A stretch of 64,000 nt of DNA, from NCBI RefSeq assembly GCF_018350175.1, contig NC_058368.1, positions 160,086,001-160,150,000 of the forward strand. The letters are read 5' to 3'. The notes beneath the pieces were generated by a model. The model saw nothing but the letters and a program-made list of their open reading frames with translations. It was not told the origin of the DNA and did no database searches. This stretch comes from Felis catus (lineage: Eukaryota). Made by a program: the position numbers and the translations under genes. Below, piece after piece: positions 62,453 to 64,000 of this stretch; positions within the stretch are counted from its first letter, which is position 1; every line of letters starts with the position of its first letter.

Positions 62453-63904
62453 ATAAAATCCAGTCCTTTTGAAATTAGCTAACATTCTTTCTATGTCAGG
62501 GAAGGAACACTTGGAGATGCACTTTTAAAAATGGGCAAGACTATGGGAAGAAAGAGGGCATCCTGGGCCCCAAATATCCTGCCATCAGCCAAGCCAGGCA
62601 GTTCCCAGTTTGAGCAGGAAAGTATTTGGAACTGCACGCAAGGAGAACCGACCGCCCTCTCTATTCCCCAGGAGAGGGGCAGGAAGGGTAAGGGCAAAAG
62701 TTCCTGCCATGTGGCCTTTTAAATTCATTTATTCAAGTGTATCTGTTTACTAGCTGCTGTATTCTACATTCTATGGGAAATATAAATATAACAATATGTT
62801 TTCTGACTTCCAGAAATGGAAAAATTTAAAAAGTAAAGCTAACATACATTAGACATAGATAAAATGAAGACACTAACTACCGAGCAGCAAATCAGTTCGA
62901 CAGTAAGGTTGATTGCCTTCTTAGAATTGATCTTGGCTTTGGGACTGGTTGGAATGAGCCAGGTGGCTTAATAACTCTCCAGGGAAGTTCTACTGAAGGC
63001 TTGTTTCTGATTAGTTTTCTTGTAGCAAGCAGAAACACTTAAAATTATACTGTTAAACTTACTCTATACTCAATATTGTGTTTACCCTGTTAAAATTTAG
63101 ACACTGCAGCATTTAAATATTTGAAGGCATCATTAAGTACTTTGGAGACTGTAGAGAGGTCCCTTCTTACCCATCTTTGTTCTGTCTTCAGACCTTTTCT
63201 TTTCTACATCTACTCCACACGTAGAGGACAACTTTGAAAGAAAAAAAAAATCAAGATGGATTTATTCAAGCAGAGACATGCAAGTCCCTAAGTCATATAC
63301 AAACAGACTTTCTTTAGCTTGGAGGTCTGCTTCCTTTTTCTTACCCTTTCAGGCCTGCGAAACATTTATTTTCTAGACAAACCTTCTATGGACATTATAG
63401 ACTAAGGAGGTGAAGGTGCTGAGAAAGGAAGTTCAGGTGTCAATTAGGCAGACTTGAATGAGCAAGAATACCCAAAGTACTAAACAAAAAAAGAAAATGA
63501 TGTTTGCTACTGCTTCCTAGTTGACAACCAAAATTATTCAGATTTCCCACTACATACTCCAAAAACCCTCTACTTTTAACCACAAACAATTTAACAGGCT
63601 TCCCTTAATAGAAAAAAATTTTCTATTTTTAATAGGTTTTTCTGCTGTAATACATCATACTTCATAATTACTGAGTTTGTGCTACTATCTACTCATGTGC
63701 TGTTTTAGATAAACATAGACATTTTTAGGTAAATGGCTAATGATTTCATTTATATTTTTCTGATACTTGAGTAATATCTAGTTTCTCTGATGCAAGTCTT
63801 AGGTTTGCATGTGAACTAACCACATGCCATATCCTATAATAAATACATAACTCTGAAGTATTCTCATTTGATGATCTTTTCTCTGTCTGATATTTATATA
63901 ACAG

Positions 63905-64000
63905 TGATTTGGATCCACTTGAGGCTGTGTGAACTTAGGCCAGTTACTTAACCTCCTAATGTTTCAGTTTCTTCAATTGAAAATGGGAAAGATAGCAATA
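63905..64000 (+). mobile_element. MIR SINE remnant
   Basis: GCTGTGTGAACTTAGGCCAGTTACTTAACCTC...TTTCAGTTTCTTCAATTGAAAATGGG MIR core. Confidence 0.65.

Overview
AT-rich mammalian nuclear DNA, almost certainly from a felid (cat-type tRNA-derived CanSINE/SINEC elements, cat-type LINE-1s, felid-like mtDNA insert). I found no convincing host protein-coding exon, so the window looks intergenic or intronic. Nearly all track ORFs come from repeats or are spurious. Contents: about 22 SINEs (most with visible target-site duplications, TSDs); one full-length but inactivated LINE-1 (44337-50269); a second LINE-1 that keeps both ends and its TSDs but lacks ORF1 and the ORF2 endonuclease part (22215-25992); several old MaLR/MLT LTRs, MER DNA transposons, MIR and old L1 fragments; and microsatellites. 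The most unusual structure is a 1.0-kb nuclear mitochondrial insertion (NUMT; partial COX3, tRNA-Gly, partial ND3; 59065-60064). It sits in a self-complementary (TATC/GATA) microsatellite inside an MLT2 LTR and is bracketed by an inverted duplication. That duplication includes the NUMT's own left junction, consistent with fold-back (snap-back) DNA synthesis during insertion. Repeat family names are assigned from memory of consensus sequences and need RepeatMasker/Dfam confirmation.
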